Virus record (IMG/VR): IMGVR_UViG_3300042878_001709
Location: 62,001-126,000 of that record
Source of the DNA: an uncultured virus (IMG/VR IMGVR_UViG_3300042878_001709)
Taxonomy: Duplodnaviria; Heunggongvirae; Uroviricota; Caudoviricetes
Length of the DNA stretch: 64,000 nt
Strand: one strand, 5' to 3'
The notes below the pieces were generated by a model. That model was not told the origin of the DNA and ran no database searches. It was given only the letters and a program-made list of their open reading frames with translations. Positions 39,544 through 50,100 of this stretch are shown here, one piece after another. The translations under genes were made by a program, and so were the position numbers. Numbering within the stretch: the stretch's first letter is position 1; the number at the start of each line of letters is the position of its first letter.

Positions 39544-39762
39544 ATGAAAAATTTAATTTTTAAAACAGTATTCTTTGTAAGTATTTTTTCACTTACGTCT
39601 TGTGCCGCTGAAAAATCGATTGAGTTGACGGATGGCACATATATAACTGAACGCCAATACGATAGAATCCTAAAACGTGCATACAAAGAGACTATTAGAG
39701 AAATGTCTAAAGAAGATAAAAAAATTATTAAATCCACTCGTTTTAGTGTGGAATCTGAATAA
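39544..39762 (+). CDS. small lipoprotein
   Basis: Signal peptide MKNLIFKTVFFVSIFSLTSC with lipobox LTS-C. Confidence 0.8.
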   Translation: MKNLIFKTVFFVSIFSLTSCAAEKSIELTDGTYITERQYDRILKRAYKETIREMSKEDKKIIKSTRFSVESE

Positions 39763-41820
39763 TTATTTAGATAAAACTAATTTACCACTTTTTTCTTTAA
39801 TCAATCCTAAAGATATCAATTTTTGCGCAACTGATGAATATGGTTGATTTCCATATAACATAACACGTAAAGTATTGTTTTTAAAAATACCCTTTTCGTA
39901 TTTTCTGATAACACTTAAACTAAGAAATGTATTTTGTATTTCTTTAAATCCACCAACTACAACACTTCCCGTTAATTTTTCATTTTTAAATGTATTATAT
40001 TTACTAACATACGAATCGATTTTTGTTGAATTAGGAAATGTTGTAGATCCAAAAGTTTCATCTGTAGTGGTGATGAAGAATGATATTGCATTTGTCGAAT
40101 CACTTAAATCAGAAACAGTAGTGGTTGTGATTAAATTGATTAGGTTTTGAGTTTTTATTGTGGTTTGTTCTGTGCCATATATATTATTAACAAAATCTGT
40201 AAATAATTTAGGTGTGAAATTTATACCATTAGGTTTTTCATTTGGAACTAATTTAAATGGTGTAGATGCATTACCGACAATTTTTGGGTTAGAATAAACT
40301 CCTAATGGAGAATATAATCTTTTAAAATTAAATTGTTTTGGTATATCATCTTTTTTAACTGTTATTATGTCACCCAATTCTACTCCCATAGTAGAACTAT
40401 CACAATTATCTAACATATAATTCCTCATACTATTAGTTATACTTTTACCTAAATTAGTATTAACCGTACTTTCTGAACCTAATTTATATGACGAACCCGA
40501 TTCAGCTCCACCACAAAATTGATCATTTACATAATTAATTTTTATACCTGACCACAAACACCATCCACCGTAAATTTTTGCTTCATTACAATTACCTTTA
40601 TAAATCTCAGGTTCGTAACCACCAAAATTATAACCGTATAATGGTAAGTATTTTTTGTAAATATTTTCTTGTAAATCTGTAGAAGCCGAAGTATCTTTAA
40701 AAACAGGTAATTTAGTTGCAATGTCGTAAACCACCCACCCTTTTTTGATACCTGCAGGTGGTTTCATTAAAGATTCATCTTTTTGTGCAGTTTTCTTTTC
40801 TTGACCCTTTTTAATTAAATTACCACACGCATCTAATTCCATCACATCTATTTTAGAATAATCATTAGTTTCACTGATTGAGGGTGTACATTGGTGATAT
40901 ACAACTATACCACCTTTACTTAATCTAATCTCAGGTGTACTTGAGTGACATCTTTTATCTTTGTTTTTACATACAAAAGATATCATAATGTTTCCTGGTT
41001 TATTACCTAATATCGATAACGCTTGTTGTGGTGAAACTACAAATTTAGAACTTCTACTTCCACCATCTTCGGCATTATTTAAGTTAGCTACCCCATCTAA
41101 TTTAGTCTCATTCAAATAAACATCAAATAATGCGTCGTCACATTGGTGTCCTCCTCTACATGGAAATGAAGGATTCGGTTCTTTTACATACATAACCTCA
41201 ATAACTAATCCCTCCAAACAAGCTGAAGGTGGTGTTAATTTAAAATTAACTTTAATGTATTGTTCTTTAGTATATTTATCATCGCCAGCTTTATCACCAC
41301 CTTTAGGATTCCAAGCAGTCGTACCTATAACAATTTTAGGTGCCTCAAATACAGGTATTGTTTCAATAGTCTTATCTTTTTGTAATTTTTTAAAGTAGTT
41401 AGTTAAGAAAGTTTGTATAGTCTTAGCCCTTCTTTCAGATAAAACTTTTTCTTCTAATTTGACTTTAGGATCTACTTCAGTATCGTAATTGGTTACTTGT
41501 GATTCTCCAGCTTCTATTTGAACTGTTAAAATTTTTGCTTGTCCACCTATTATACCACCACTATCTTTTATTTCTTTAGATTTTTGTTTTAACCAATCTA
41601 TTGCTTCTTTAAGTTCCCCCAAGATTTCTGTTTTTGGTAACGATGTATCTTTCCATCTACCTGATTTAAAATTGGCTTGTAAAGAAACTTCTTTTATTTC
41701 ATCAGTAGGGGCTTCATTTAATATCTCAAATTCATATAATGGATTGCTATAATCTCCATTATTGTAAACCATTAGATTCTTTATCCTATTTAATTCTTCT
41801 GTTAAATTGTTTTTTTTCAT
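39763..41820 (-). CDS. putative virion protein with OmpA-like segment (paralogue of 41827..43755)
   Basis: NLTEELNRIKNLMVYNNG N-terminus; IEAGES...LSERRAKTIQTFL; Cys-containing domain HQCDDALF...CHSS. Confidence 0.55.
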   Translation of the reverse strand: MKKNNLTEELNRIKNLMVYNNGDYSNPLYEFEILNEAPTDEIKEVSLQANFKSGRWKDTSLPKTEILGELKEAIDWLKQKSKEIKDSGGIIGGQAKILTVQIEAGESQVTNYDTEVDPKVKLEEKVLSERRAKTIQTFLTNYFKKLQKDKTIETIPVFEAPKIVIGTTAWNPKGGDKAGDDKYTKEQYIKVNFKLTPPSACLEGLVIEVMYVKEPNPSFPCRGGHQCDDALFDVYLNETKLDGVANLNNAEDGGSRSSKFVVSPQQALSILGNKPGNIMISFVCKNKDKRCHSSTPEIRLSKGGIVVYHQCTPSISETNDYSKIDVMELDACGNLIKKGQEKKTAQKDESLMKPPAGIKKGWVVYDIATKLPVFKDTSASTDLQENIYKKYLPLYGYNFGGYEPEIYKGNCNEAKIYGGWCLWSGIKINYVNDQFCGGAESGSSYKLGSESTVNTNLGKSITNSMRNYMLDNCDSSTMGVELGDIITVKKDDIPKQFNFKRLYSPLGVYSNPKIVGNASTPFKLVPNEKPNGINFTPKLFTDFVNNIYGTEQTTIKTQNLINLITTTTVSDLSDSTNAISFFITTTDETFGSTTFPNSTKIDSYVSKYNTFKNEKLTGSVVVGGFKEIQNTFLSLSVIRKYEKGIFKNNTLRVMLYGNQPYSSVAQKLISLGLIKEKSGKLVLSK

Positions 41821-41826
41821 ATTACA

Positions 41827-43755
41827 TTAATTTTCGTTATTAGATATGTCATTAGAATTTTGATCATCAGCAACTATATCTCTAGTCCTTTTAACTTTAT
41901 CACCCCAAAATAAATAAAATGTTTTTGAGTCATCGAATTTTAAATCACCATTGTTTATTGAGTCGGCAGTAAACATTTGATCCAATACTTTAAAAGTTTT
42001 TTCTAAATATAATCTTATATCATTAGTAAGTTCATTAGTTCTAATATATTTATCTTTAAATGCAAAAGAAACATCACCTAAAGAAAAATTAGATTTATTG
42101 GCGTTTACTTTGCCGATTCGGAAAGTAGAGTCTCTATAAAAATTTGAGTATCTTTCTATATACTTATTTAAATCACTACCACCATCATCAGAATTTTTAT
42201 TTAAATCATTTACAAATGCATCAAATACTTTAGGTTTTTGTTTCTCAATTCCTTTTGTTTTAGCTTTCCCATAGACTTTATTATAGATATTCTCTACGTA
42301 ATCAATTAAATCGTCACTAATAGTAGAAAAATCACCAACCTCTTGCAATAAAACTGCTTTTGTATCATCTTTAGCGTTTTCTAAAGCTTTAGGATTTTGT
42401 AATAATACTTTTTGAGACAATTCAAATCTAGTTTTTACATACTCATTTTTAGCAACCGTTGCATCAGGTTGTATTTTAGAAAGTGCTGATTGGGAAGTAT
42501 CTGTTACTACTGCATCACCACAAGCAGTTAAAACAGTTAAAAGGATTTGATCACCATTAACTTTTTTAGGTCCAAATACATTTTTATCTCTTTTAGGGTG
42601 TGTTATAACAACAGTTGCTTGATCAGTATGACATTTATCACCACTAGCACAAATAGCCCATATTTTCATAGTACCATCTTTAGCCTCTGATGTTATTTGT
42701 TTAGACATTTCAGGTGTTACTTTAAATACATCAGATCTAGTACCTTTAATATCACCTTCAGTACCATATTTTTTAGTACCTAACCATCCGTAACCAGGAT
42801 TAAGAGATTGTGGGGTTAATTTTTTCCCATTTCTAGTTGTCTGAGTTGAAGCATTATTACCATTATGTGTGTCCCCACCGAATGCGTTTTTTAATAATGT
42901 ATTATTAGCGAATATAAAATATTCTGCATTATTACATTGGTGACTTTTAGTTTGTAATGCAATTTGTAGTCCAGAAGCACATGATTCAGTAATAGGTAAT
43001 GGTACTATATCATTTTCAGTTTGTATATCTACTTTAGTTTCTGTACTACTACTTTTAGGTACTTCTTGTGGTACTTCTTCTATTTTATCTACAGACATTA
43101 CAACTCTTATAAATTGTTCATTTGTATATTTTTCAATTAAATCCTTAAATCTATTAGAATTGTTAAATTTTTCTGAACAACTATAACCTTCAGGATCTTT
43201 ATTTGCGTCAGGCCTATCTACAGGGCAAAAATCTTGTCCTACCCATTCAGTCGCACCAATAACAGGTTCATTTTTTTCAACTTTAACCTCTGAATTAATT
43301 ACACCTTGATTTTTCCATTCCGCTAAAACTTTTGTTATGTAACTTTCAATTACATTAAGTCTAGAGTTTGATAAATATTTAGGTTTAACTCTAAAACCTT
43401 TTGTACCACCTTTTGTTCTATCAACATTAGGTATTCGTGATTCACCCGCATATAGTTTAACATTAACAATATAACCTGTCGGATTTTTTTGTAAAAAGTT
43501 TTTTACTTTTTCTAACTCAACATTTAATTCTGGACCAATATCCCAATTCCAAGTCTTATTACGTCCATTATATGTACCCTTTAAATCATAAAATCCAGGA
43601 CCAAATTCTACCGACTTATCTATATATACTTTATCACTAGAGGTATCTTTAGGTTTTTCTTCATCTTCTAATAATGGATTCTTATATTGTCCATTATTAT
43701 AAACCATTAAGTTTTTCATTCTTCTTAGTTCTTCAGTTAAATTAGTTTTTGACAT
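41827..43755 (-). CDS. putative virion protein with OmpA-like segment (paralogue of 39763..41820)
   Basis: NLTEELRRMKNLMVYNNG; LYAGES...LSNSRL; HQCNNAEY...CHTD. Confidence 0.55.
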   Translation of the reverse strand: MSKTNLTEELRRMKNLMVYNNGQYKNPLLEDEEKPKDTSSDKVYIDKSVEFGPGFYDLKGTYNGRNKTWNWDIGPELNVELEKVKNFLQKNPTGYIVNVKLYAGESRIPNVDRTKGGTKGFRVKPKYLSNSRLNVIESYITKVLAEWKNQGVINSEVKVEKNEPVIGATEWVGQDFCPVDRPDANKDPEGYSCSEKFNNSNRFKDLIEKYTNEQFIRVVMSVDKIEEVPQEVPKSSSTETKVDIQTENDIVPLPITESCASGLQIALQTKSHQCNNAEYFIFANNTLLKNAFGGDTHNGNNASTQTTRNGKKLTPQSLNPGYGWLGTKKYGTEGDIKGTRSDVFKVTPEMSKQITSEAKDGTMKIWAICASGDKCHTDQATVVITHPKRDKNVFGPKKVNGDQILLTVLTACGDAVVTDTSQSALSKIQPDATVAKNEYVKTRFELSQKVLLQNPKALENAKDDTKAVLLQEVGDFSTISDDLIDYVENIYNKVYGKAKTKGIEKQKPKVFDAFVNDLNKNSDDGGSDLNKYIERYSNFYRDSTFRIGKVNANKSNFSLGDVSFAFKDKYIRTNELTNDIRLYLEKTFKVLDQMFTADSINNGDLKFDDSKTFYLFWGDKVKRTRDIVADDQNSNDISNNEN

Positions 43756-43772
43756 AAAAAATTAGTTTTTCT

Positions 43773-43780
43773 ATAAATAT
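43773..43780 (-). promoter_or_regulatory. putative late promoter ATATTTAT (minus strand)
   Basis: 17 nt upstream of ATG 43755. Confidence 0.65.
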
Positions 43781-43797
43781 AAAAAAATGATAAAAAA

Positions 43798-43828
43798 TTT
43801 GTATATTAAAATAATTATCGTATCTTTA
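43798..43828 (+). promoter_or_regulatory. Bacteroidota-type promoter (one mismatch)
   Basis: TTTG-N19-TATCTTTA upstream of ATG 43850. Confidence 0.55.
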
Positions 43829-43849
43829 CAATATCAAAATAAAATAACT

Positions 43850-44413
43850 ATGGAAAATTCAGTAATTACAACAAATGTTAAGGAATATGTAGGGACAAAT
43901 GTTTTTATTCTTTCTTTAAAAGGTGGTCTTATTAAATATGGTTCACTAACACCTAAACAATTAGACGCAGCATCAAAATTTTTCTCTAAGACAGTAGTGG
44001 TTAAAACAGAACCAAATTTTAAAGAAGTTAATGTTAATCTGAAAGTCACTAAATTTATTGCCAAAAGAATTGCCGTTGACAATGAATTAGAATTTAATCC
44101 GTTTTTAGTTACTATTACTAAAGTTCTTAACGAAACAACTAAAGCGTATCAAGTTACGGGTAGAATGAATACTTCAGATGTATCTTCTTGTAGATGTTGT
44201 GGTAAAGATTTGACTGATTGGAGATCACAAGCGACTGGTGTTGGTCCAGTATGTTCAAAAGCATTAAATATCCCATACGTAAAAAAACAAGAGGATGTTG
44301 AGGTATTTAAAAAAATGCTTAGATTAAAAATTGAATCTATCGGAGATTTAACTTTTTGGTTACCTAAGTCTCAGATTGATGAGGGACTTAATGAATTAGT
44401 TTCACAATTATAA
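43850..44413 (+). CDS. zinc-finger protein (DUF6011-like)
   Basis: CRCCGKDLTDWRSQATGVGPVC. Start moved to MENSV at 43850, downstream of the promoter. Confidence 0.7.
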   Translation: MENSVITTNVKEYVGTNVFILSLKGGLIKYGSLTPKQLDAASKFFSKTVVVKTEPNFKEVNVNLKVTKFIAKRIAVDNELEFNPFLVTITKVLNETTKAYQVTGRMNTSDVSSCRCCGKDLTDWRSQATGVGPVCSKALNIPYVKKQEDVEVFKKMLRLKIESIGDLTFWLPKSQIDEGLNELVSQL

Positions 44414-44419
44414 ATATAA

Positions 44420-44447
44420 AATAAAACCCTCTAATGAGGGTTTTATT
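44420..44447. terminator. bidirectional intrinsic terminator
   Basis: AATAAAACCCTC-TAAT-GAGGGTTTTATT between convergent genes. Confidence 0.85.
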
Positions 44448-45024
44448 ATTTTCTTTTAGATGGTAACGGTTTTAATTTACCTGAAAATATAGTTTGTCCT
44501 ACTTTGATTTGTATATCTTCAGTAACTAGTGATTTATCAAAATATTCTTCTACCACTGTTCTAACTACACTCTCTATTTCTTCTCTAACTATTTTTCTTA
44601 TTGTACTTTCGTTAATAGTACTTTTAACAGTTTCATTTACATTAGAAACTTTGTTAGTTTTTTTAGGTTGGTTATTAGTTCTTTGTTCATTCACCAATAA
44701 CTCAGGAACATCTTCTAACTCAAATGTATGGTATGGTGATTCTGGAATATCTATTGGATTATCTATCATCGCCCTTTTAATTGCTTCAGGCATTTTAGAT
44801 TTATTTATGTTTCTATATTTACCATTTACTGGGGCTACTGAGGAAGAAGAGGTTCTTTGGTTTTCCCTAATAAAATTTTCAGTTAAATTAGGTATTTCTT
44901 TTTCTTCACTACTATATTCATTACTTTGACTTCCATTAGAAGTTGATCCGTGGTTTTGCTCCGTAATTTGCATAACCGCTTTTGATCTACTTAAAATTTC
45001 TTTTAATCTTTCTGCATTACTCAT
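44446..45024 (-). CDS. hypothetical protein
   Basis: 192 aa; SKMPEAIKRAMIDNPI motif and internal INESTIRKIVREE. Confidence 0.7.
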   Translation of the reverse strand: MSNAERLKEILSRSKAVMQITEQNHGSTSNGSQSNEYSSEEKEIPNLTENFIRENQRTSSSSVAPVNGKYRNINKSKMPEAIKRAMIDNPIDIPESPYHTFELEDVPELLVNEQRTNNQPKKTNKVSNVNETVKSTINESTIRKIVREEIESVVRTVVEEYFDKSLVTEDIQIKVGQTIFSGKLKPLPSKRK

Positions 45025-45026
45025 TT

Positions 45027-45395
45027 TTAATCAAATTTTAAAATTTTATAAATCTGTATCATATCCTTGTCTCCACTAGGATTAAATAGTGGTCTAGGTT
45101 CTTCAAATGTACCACCTAACATTTCTAAATTATCCATTCTATCAACCCTAAACGTTTTCCATCCAGGTTGGATTGTTTTAGTATCTCCACCTATCTGATA
45201 AACTCGAACCATATCATTATTTCTTTTTGAGATTCCATAACAATATATTTCAATCCATCTTTTATTCTTACCACCTGGATCTTCACCATCGTCATAATAA
45301 ACAGAAGCTAAACGTTTTCCGTCCATTATTTTTTTAACAGTTTCTTTATTTGCTAATTCAAGTATAAGTCCTTCGGCTAAATAGTAAAGCTTCAT
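45027..45395 (-). CDS. stand-alone WYL-like domain protein
   Basis: VYYD....R.IE.Y.YG......VRVYQ......GWKTFRVDRM matches the WYL/SH3-like pattern. Confidence 0.7.
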   Translation of the reverse strand: MKLYYLAEGLILELANKETVKKIMDGKRLASVYYDDGEDPGGKNKRWIEIYCYGISKRNNDMVRVYQIGGDTKTIQPGWKTFRVDRMDNLEMLGGTFEEPRPLFNPSGDKDMIQIYKILKFD

Positions 45396-45403
45396 TTTAT
45401 ATA

Positions 45404-45748
45404 TTATTGATTATTATTAAATATATAGTTAGGATAGTAAGGTTTACTTGGACCGTAACCATTAGGTCCTGTAGGGTTACCATATTTTGATTCATTTCTA
45501 GCGATTAATTGTTTTCTACCACTACCTGGATAAGTAGGGTTACCATTGATGTCTATATCGTTTCCACCATTAATAGTATTTAATTGATCACTATTACCAC
45601 TAGTACCTCTACCTTTATTATCACCATCTGATAATGCGTTTGGGTGAGTAGGTCCGTACTTTTTACCATCACTATCTAAGTATACGTTTTTAATTACGTT
45701 ATCAACTCTAAATTGATCACCTAATTCCATTAATTTAGTCTTTCCCAT
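45404..45748 (-). CDS. hypothetical Gly/Asn-rich protein
   Basis: 114 aa; HPNALSDGD.KGRGT motif. Confidence 0.65.
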   Translation of the reverse strand: MGKTKLMELGDQFRVDNVIKNVYLDSDGKKYGPTHPNALSDGDNKGRGTSGNSDQLNTINGGNDIDINGNPTYPGSGRKQLIARNESKYGNPTGPNGYGPSKPYYPNYIFNNNQ

Positions 45749-45753
45749 AGTTT

Positions 45754-46302
45754 TTATATTTTAGATTCATATATTATTAATTTTTGTATTTTTAAAATTT
45801 CTTCATAAACAGGTTTTCCTCTCGATAATTGTCCACTTATATCTTTACTAAGTTTAGGTAATTTCATCTTCAATGTTTGACTATTAACTTTATTAGTATC
45901 TTTTTCGTGTTGTTTAATAAATTGATTTGACAAACCTGTTTCACTTTTTATTTTTTTAGGTGCTTTAATAGACTGTGTTTCTTTATTAAGAGTTGAGTCT
46001 ACCCAATTGTGCATTGTTTTACCGCCATTAAGTCTATATTCGATATCCTCATGTTTACCATCATAATTATCGAACCAGTTTTTTATCCTTTTCATTTGTT
46101 TGTATTCTATTTTTTTATTTTCTAGAATACCTTTAGCTCTTTTATATCCCTCAGTAGCTTTATTATTACTGATATCTTCTTTTTTTAAAGTTTCATAAGT
46201 TTTTACGGCATTGGTAACTGCATTAAGTACATAATTTGGGCAATTATAATATTTCCCATGTAACTTACTATTACCACCTTTATTTTCCTTCCTGCTCGCC
46301 AT
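45754..46302 (-). CDS. hypothetical basic protein, putative head-associated
   Basis: EGYKRA...MKRIKNWF...YRLNGG...WV core; C-terminal VYEEILKIQKLIIY tag-like helix. Confidence 0.6.
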   Translation of the reverse strand: MASRKENKGGNSKLHGKYYNCPNYVLNAVTNAVKTYETLKKEDISNNKATEGYKRAKGILENKKIEYKQMKRIKNWFDNYDGKHEDIEYRLNGGKTMHNWVDSTLNKETQSIKAPKKIKSETGLSNQFIKQHEKDTNKVNSQTLKMKLPKLSKDISGQLSRGKPVYEEILKIQKLIIYESKI

Positions 46303-47119
46303 ACTTTATTTTATCACCAATTATTTCTCTATGTTCTTCTTTCATACTATAAATATCTAAATTATCAATTAAGTGGTTCAATAATATTCCCAACTCATCA
46401 CCTTTTAGATTTTCTTTATGTATTAAATCCAATAGACTATTTATTTTTCTTATAACCATTGGTTTTTCATGTACATCTTTTAATTCGCTAATGTCTGCTA
46501 TTTTATCCATCCCTACTATAATATCAGACTCTTTCATTTTTTTAACAAAATCTCTAGTAGTATCTTTTTTGTTTCTAATTATCTCATCAACCAATGATTT
46601 CATAGAATCTTCATTTTCTGTAATATCAAAATCAAATTTAGTGTCATTAGGTAATTTATAATTTCTCCACTCATCTGATGGTAAATGATCATATACAGGA
46701 TCAGATTGTCTGAAATAATGTGAACTTATATCTTTATCCGCCATTTTTTTGGCTTCCCTATACTTTCTTTCTTTATCGTCTCTACTATATTTTTTAGATG
46801 GTACAACATCCAACTCATCATAGATTTCTTCAGTATCACTATCTAAAATATTTTCTTCTTCATTAACAATATATGCGTAATTGATACCATAATATGGTCC
46901 ACCATATATAAAGTATGCCTCAGGTCCTTGAGTAGAACTTCTAACATAATCATCAGTAGTTTTTTTAGCTTTTATAAAATTTCTATTTTGTTTGTAGCTA
47001 TTACTAGGATTAATTAATGCCCCATTGGTACCTATTAATTCATTTAACTCATTCTCCCTCAGAACATTTTTTTTACCTAAATACGTATTAATATCGGACT
47101 TTTTAAATGTTTTATTCAT
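46280..47119 (-). CDS. hypothetical protein, putative head-associated
   Basis: VLRE/ELNE near the N-terminus; late motif upstream. Confidence 0.6.
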   Translation of the reverse strand: MNKTFKKSDINTYLGKKNVLRENELNELIGTNGALINPSNSYKQNRNFIKAKKTTDDYVRSSTQGPEAYFIYGGPYYGINYAYIVNEEENILDSDTEEIYDELDVVPSKKYSRDDKERKYREAKKMADKDISSHYFRQSDPVYDHLPSDEWRNYKLPNDTKFDFDITENEDSMKSLVDEIIRNKKDTTRDFVKKMKESDIIVGMDKIADISELKDVHEKPMVIRKINSLLDLIHKENLKGDELGILLNHLIDNLDIYSMKEEHREIIGDKIKYGEQEGK

Positions 47120-47135
47120 AATAAATCTTTTTTAT

Positions 47136-47164
47136 ATAAATATAACACAATTCTAAATATTTAT
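47136..47164. promoter_or_regulatory. divergent pair of late promoters
   Basis: ATAAATAT at 47136-47143 (minus) and ATATTTAT at 47157-47164 (plus), each pointing at a flanking ATG. Confidence 0.7.
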
Positions 47165-47178
47165 TTAAAAATAAAGTT

Positions 47179-50100
47179 ATGCCTATAAATAAATTTACAA
47201 CATTATTAGATCTTTCAAGACAAGCTAAGATAATAACTGGTGAAACTGCAACTTTTGACGGTAAAATACTATCAGGGATACCATTTAGTGGGTATCCAAC
47301 AGGTGTTAATACCGCAACAACTGTTTCATTAGGGGTTGTTTCAACGGAAAACGCAGTGTTTAGCGGAAATACAGGAACTACCGTTTTCGATGTCTCAAAC
47401 CCATTATCACCTTATTACAATCCACTTTTTAGTGGGTATACCGCAACCACTTGGACTAATCCTTTATTTTCGGCTACGACTTCGGGGTTAACATTACCCA
47501 TTACAATACTGAGTGCGGACACACAAGTGGTTGGTCCGTTTTGGACATTAACACAAACAGGGTATACTGGTGACTATATAATAGGTACAGAATATACTGG
47601 TTATAGTGTAACATATAGTTTTATCAATGTATCTCAATTTAATCCCAATGTATTTAGTGGTGTCACAAGTGCTTCCCAAGAAAACTTTTCTGCGGGTACC
47701 TTAGATTATAAAGGACCGTTAGATTATTTATCATCTAAAGAAAATATATCAGTAGATGGTAGATTAATTACAAATAAAATTACTATAAGTAATGGTGCTA
47801 GTTCAGCGACAACTAATTATGTATTGACTCAAATAGATGATACGGGTAAAGGAGGTTGGAGCTCCGTATCTTCATTACTTTCAGGATCATGTTTACCGAT
47901 AGTTAATTTAGAAACAATAAATGATTGTTCTTCAGGTATCACATTCAATTCGGATGTTACTATAAATGGTGATGTAATTGTAAATGGTTCTGCCACTACA
48001 ATAAACACAGAAATTATTAGATCTAAGGATAATAATATAATTTTAAATTATAGTGGAACACATTTAACCGCAATCGGTGGTGGTTTTACACTGGAAGATG
48101 GTGTCAGTAATGGTGTCGATTCTAGAATATATTCGGACTCAAACGGTGTTTGGTTATTTGACCCATCATTAAGTGCGAATTCAGGAACAATAATTAATTT
48201 TTCTGCAGATACAATAGGTTCGTCAGGAGATTGTGTCAATGATTTATATGTATCGAACATACATTCATGCTCCCCATTAAATATAAACCCTTTAAACGAA
48301 GGGGATGTTTATTTTGGTTCCACAAGTGGAGTCACAATTGATGTCACCCATAGTAGGATAGGTATTGGGACTGATTCACCTAATTACCCATTACAAATTT
48401 TAGGGGGTAATAGTACATTTTATTATGATCCCACATCGTTGGGGGGTGATTCACGAATTAGTGGGAATACAAATCTACCTAGATATACTGTATCAATTGC
48501 ACCATATTTGACTAAACCATCTGCAGGAAGTCAATTCGGTATGAGATGTTGGGACGATGCAACTTCTCCCAATTATGGTAAAGTAGGGGATACATTTATG
48601 TATGCGGGTAATGCGTCAAATGGGTTAAACTTAATTAATTCACCTGGTACAGGTACCGAAGACTATATTAGATTATATGCGGGACAAACTGTAAATGGTA
48701 CGACTCCTGATATACATATACAAGGTAGTGGTGTAACAAGAGGGTACGTTGGTATTAGTACATCTAACCCACAATATTTATTAGATATTGTTAACACAAA
48801 TTCTAGACTTTTTTATGATCCAACATCCGTAGGGGGTAGATTTTCAATAAGTGGAAAAACAAATGTTCCTAGATTTGGTGTGGAGGTTCCACCATATTTA
48901 ACAAAACCACTGGCAAGTGCTAGTTTAGGTATAAGGGCTTGGGATGATTTATTATATCCAGACTATGGTAATCCGGGAGATGTTCATTTATATGCAGGTG
49001 TAAACGCTTACGGTTTAAATATTATAAGTGAATACGGTGCTACTAGTGCAGATTATATAAGATTTTATGCTGGTCAAGATGCGTCTTCAGGAAATACACC
49101 AGACATACATATACAAGGTAGTGGTGTAACAAGAGGATATGTTGGTATTGGTACTAAAACACCTACGGAAAGATTAACAGTTAGTGGTACATCGTTTTTT
49201 AAAACGTCTTCATTAACAACAGGTACATCACCATCTTTTTATTATTTAGACGGAGTTTCAACACCTACGGACACATCTACTATAAAATCTATATACAAAG
49301 AATTTAGACCAACAACCACATCATCATCTAATGTTGTTGGTGACGGTACACTATTATATCCAAACATAACATCACCAACAAATGGGGAATTTTATTCAAA
49401 GGCAAATCTAATATTATACACAGGTGATTTATCATTATTAAATAGTAATGAAGCTTTAACATCCGAAATTAATGTAGTACAAATTCAAACAAACACAGGA
49501 ACTTACAATGATATAGTTAAAAGTTCGTCATCTGTATTAAGGAATTTGACTGCAGGTGGTACTATAAATGAGTATGTTGGTTTTTGGATGAATGGTTTTG
49601 ATATAACTTTAACCCATAATGGATCAACAAATAATATATATGGGTTTTATATGGATGATCAATCCACTAGATCTGGAAATATCCCCCCACCGACAAATAG
49701 ATGGGGTATATATATAAAAGATGCGGGATATAACTATATTGCAGGTTATTTAGGTATTGGGACTACGACACCATCTGAAAAACTAGATGTTAGTGGTAAA
49801 ACAAAAACAACAACTTTACAAGTTACATCTGGAGCAACAAATGGTTATGTTTTAGTTTCAGACTCTATCGGTAACGCCACTTGGCAATCGGCATCGGGTG
49901 CCACATCAGGAGTAACATTTTGGACGGCATCAACAGGTGTAGACGCAATAGTGGTTAAAAATAGTGGATCAGTCGCTAGTGGTTTATTATCATTGGCTCA
50001 GGGTTATCAGACAACCGCAAGTGGTGATACATCACATGCGGAAGGTTATCAAACAATTGCAGGTGGAAACTTTGGTTCACACGCTGAAGGATTCCAAACA

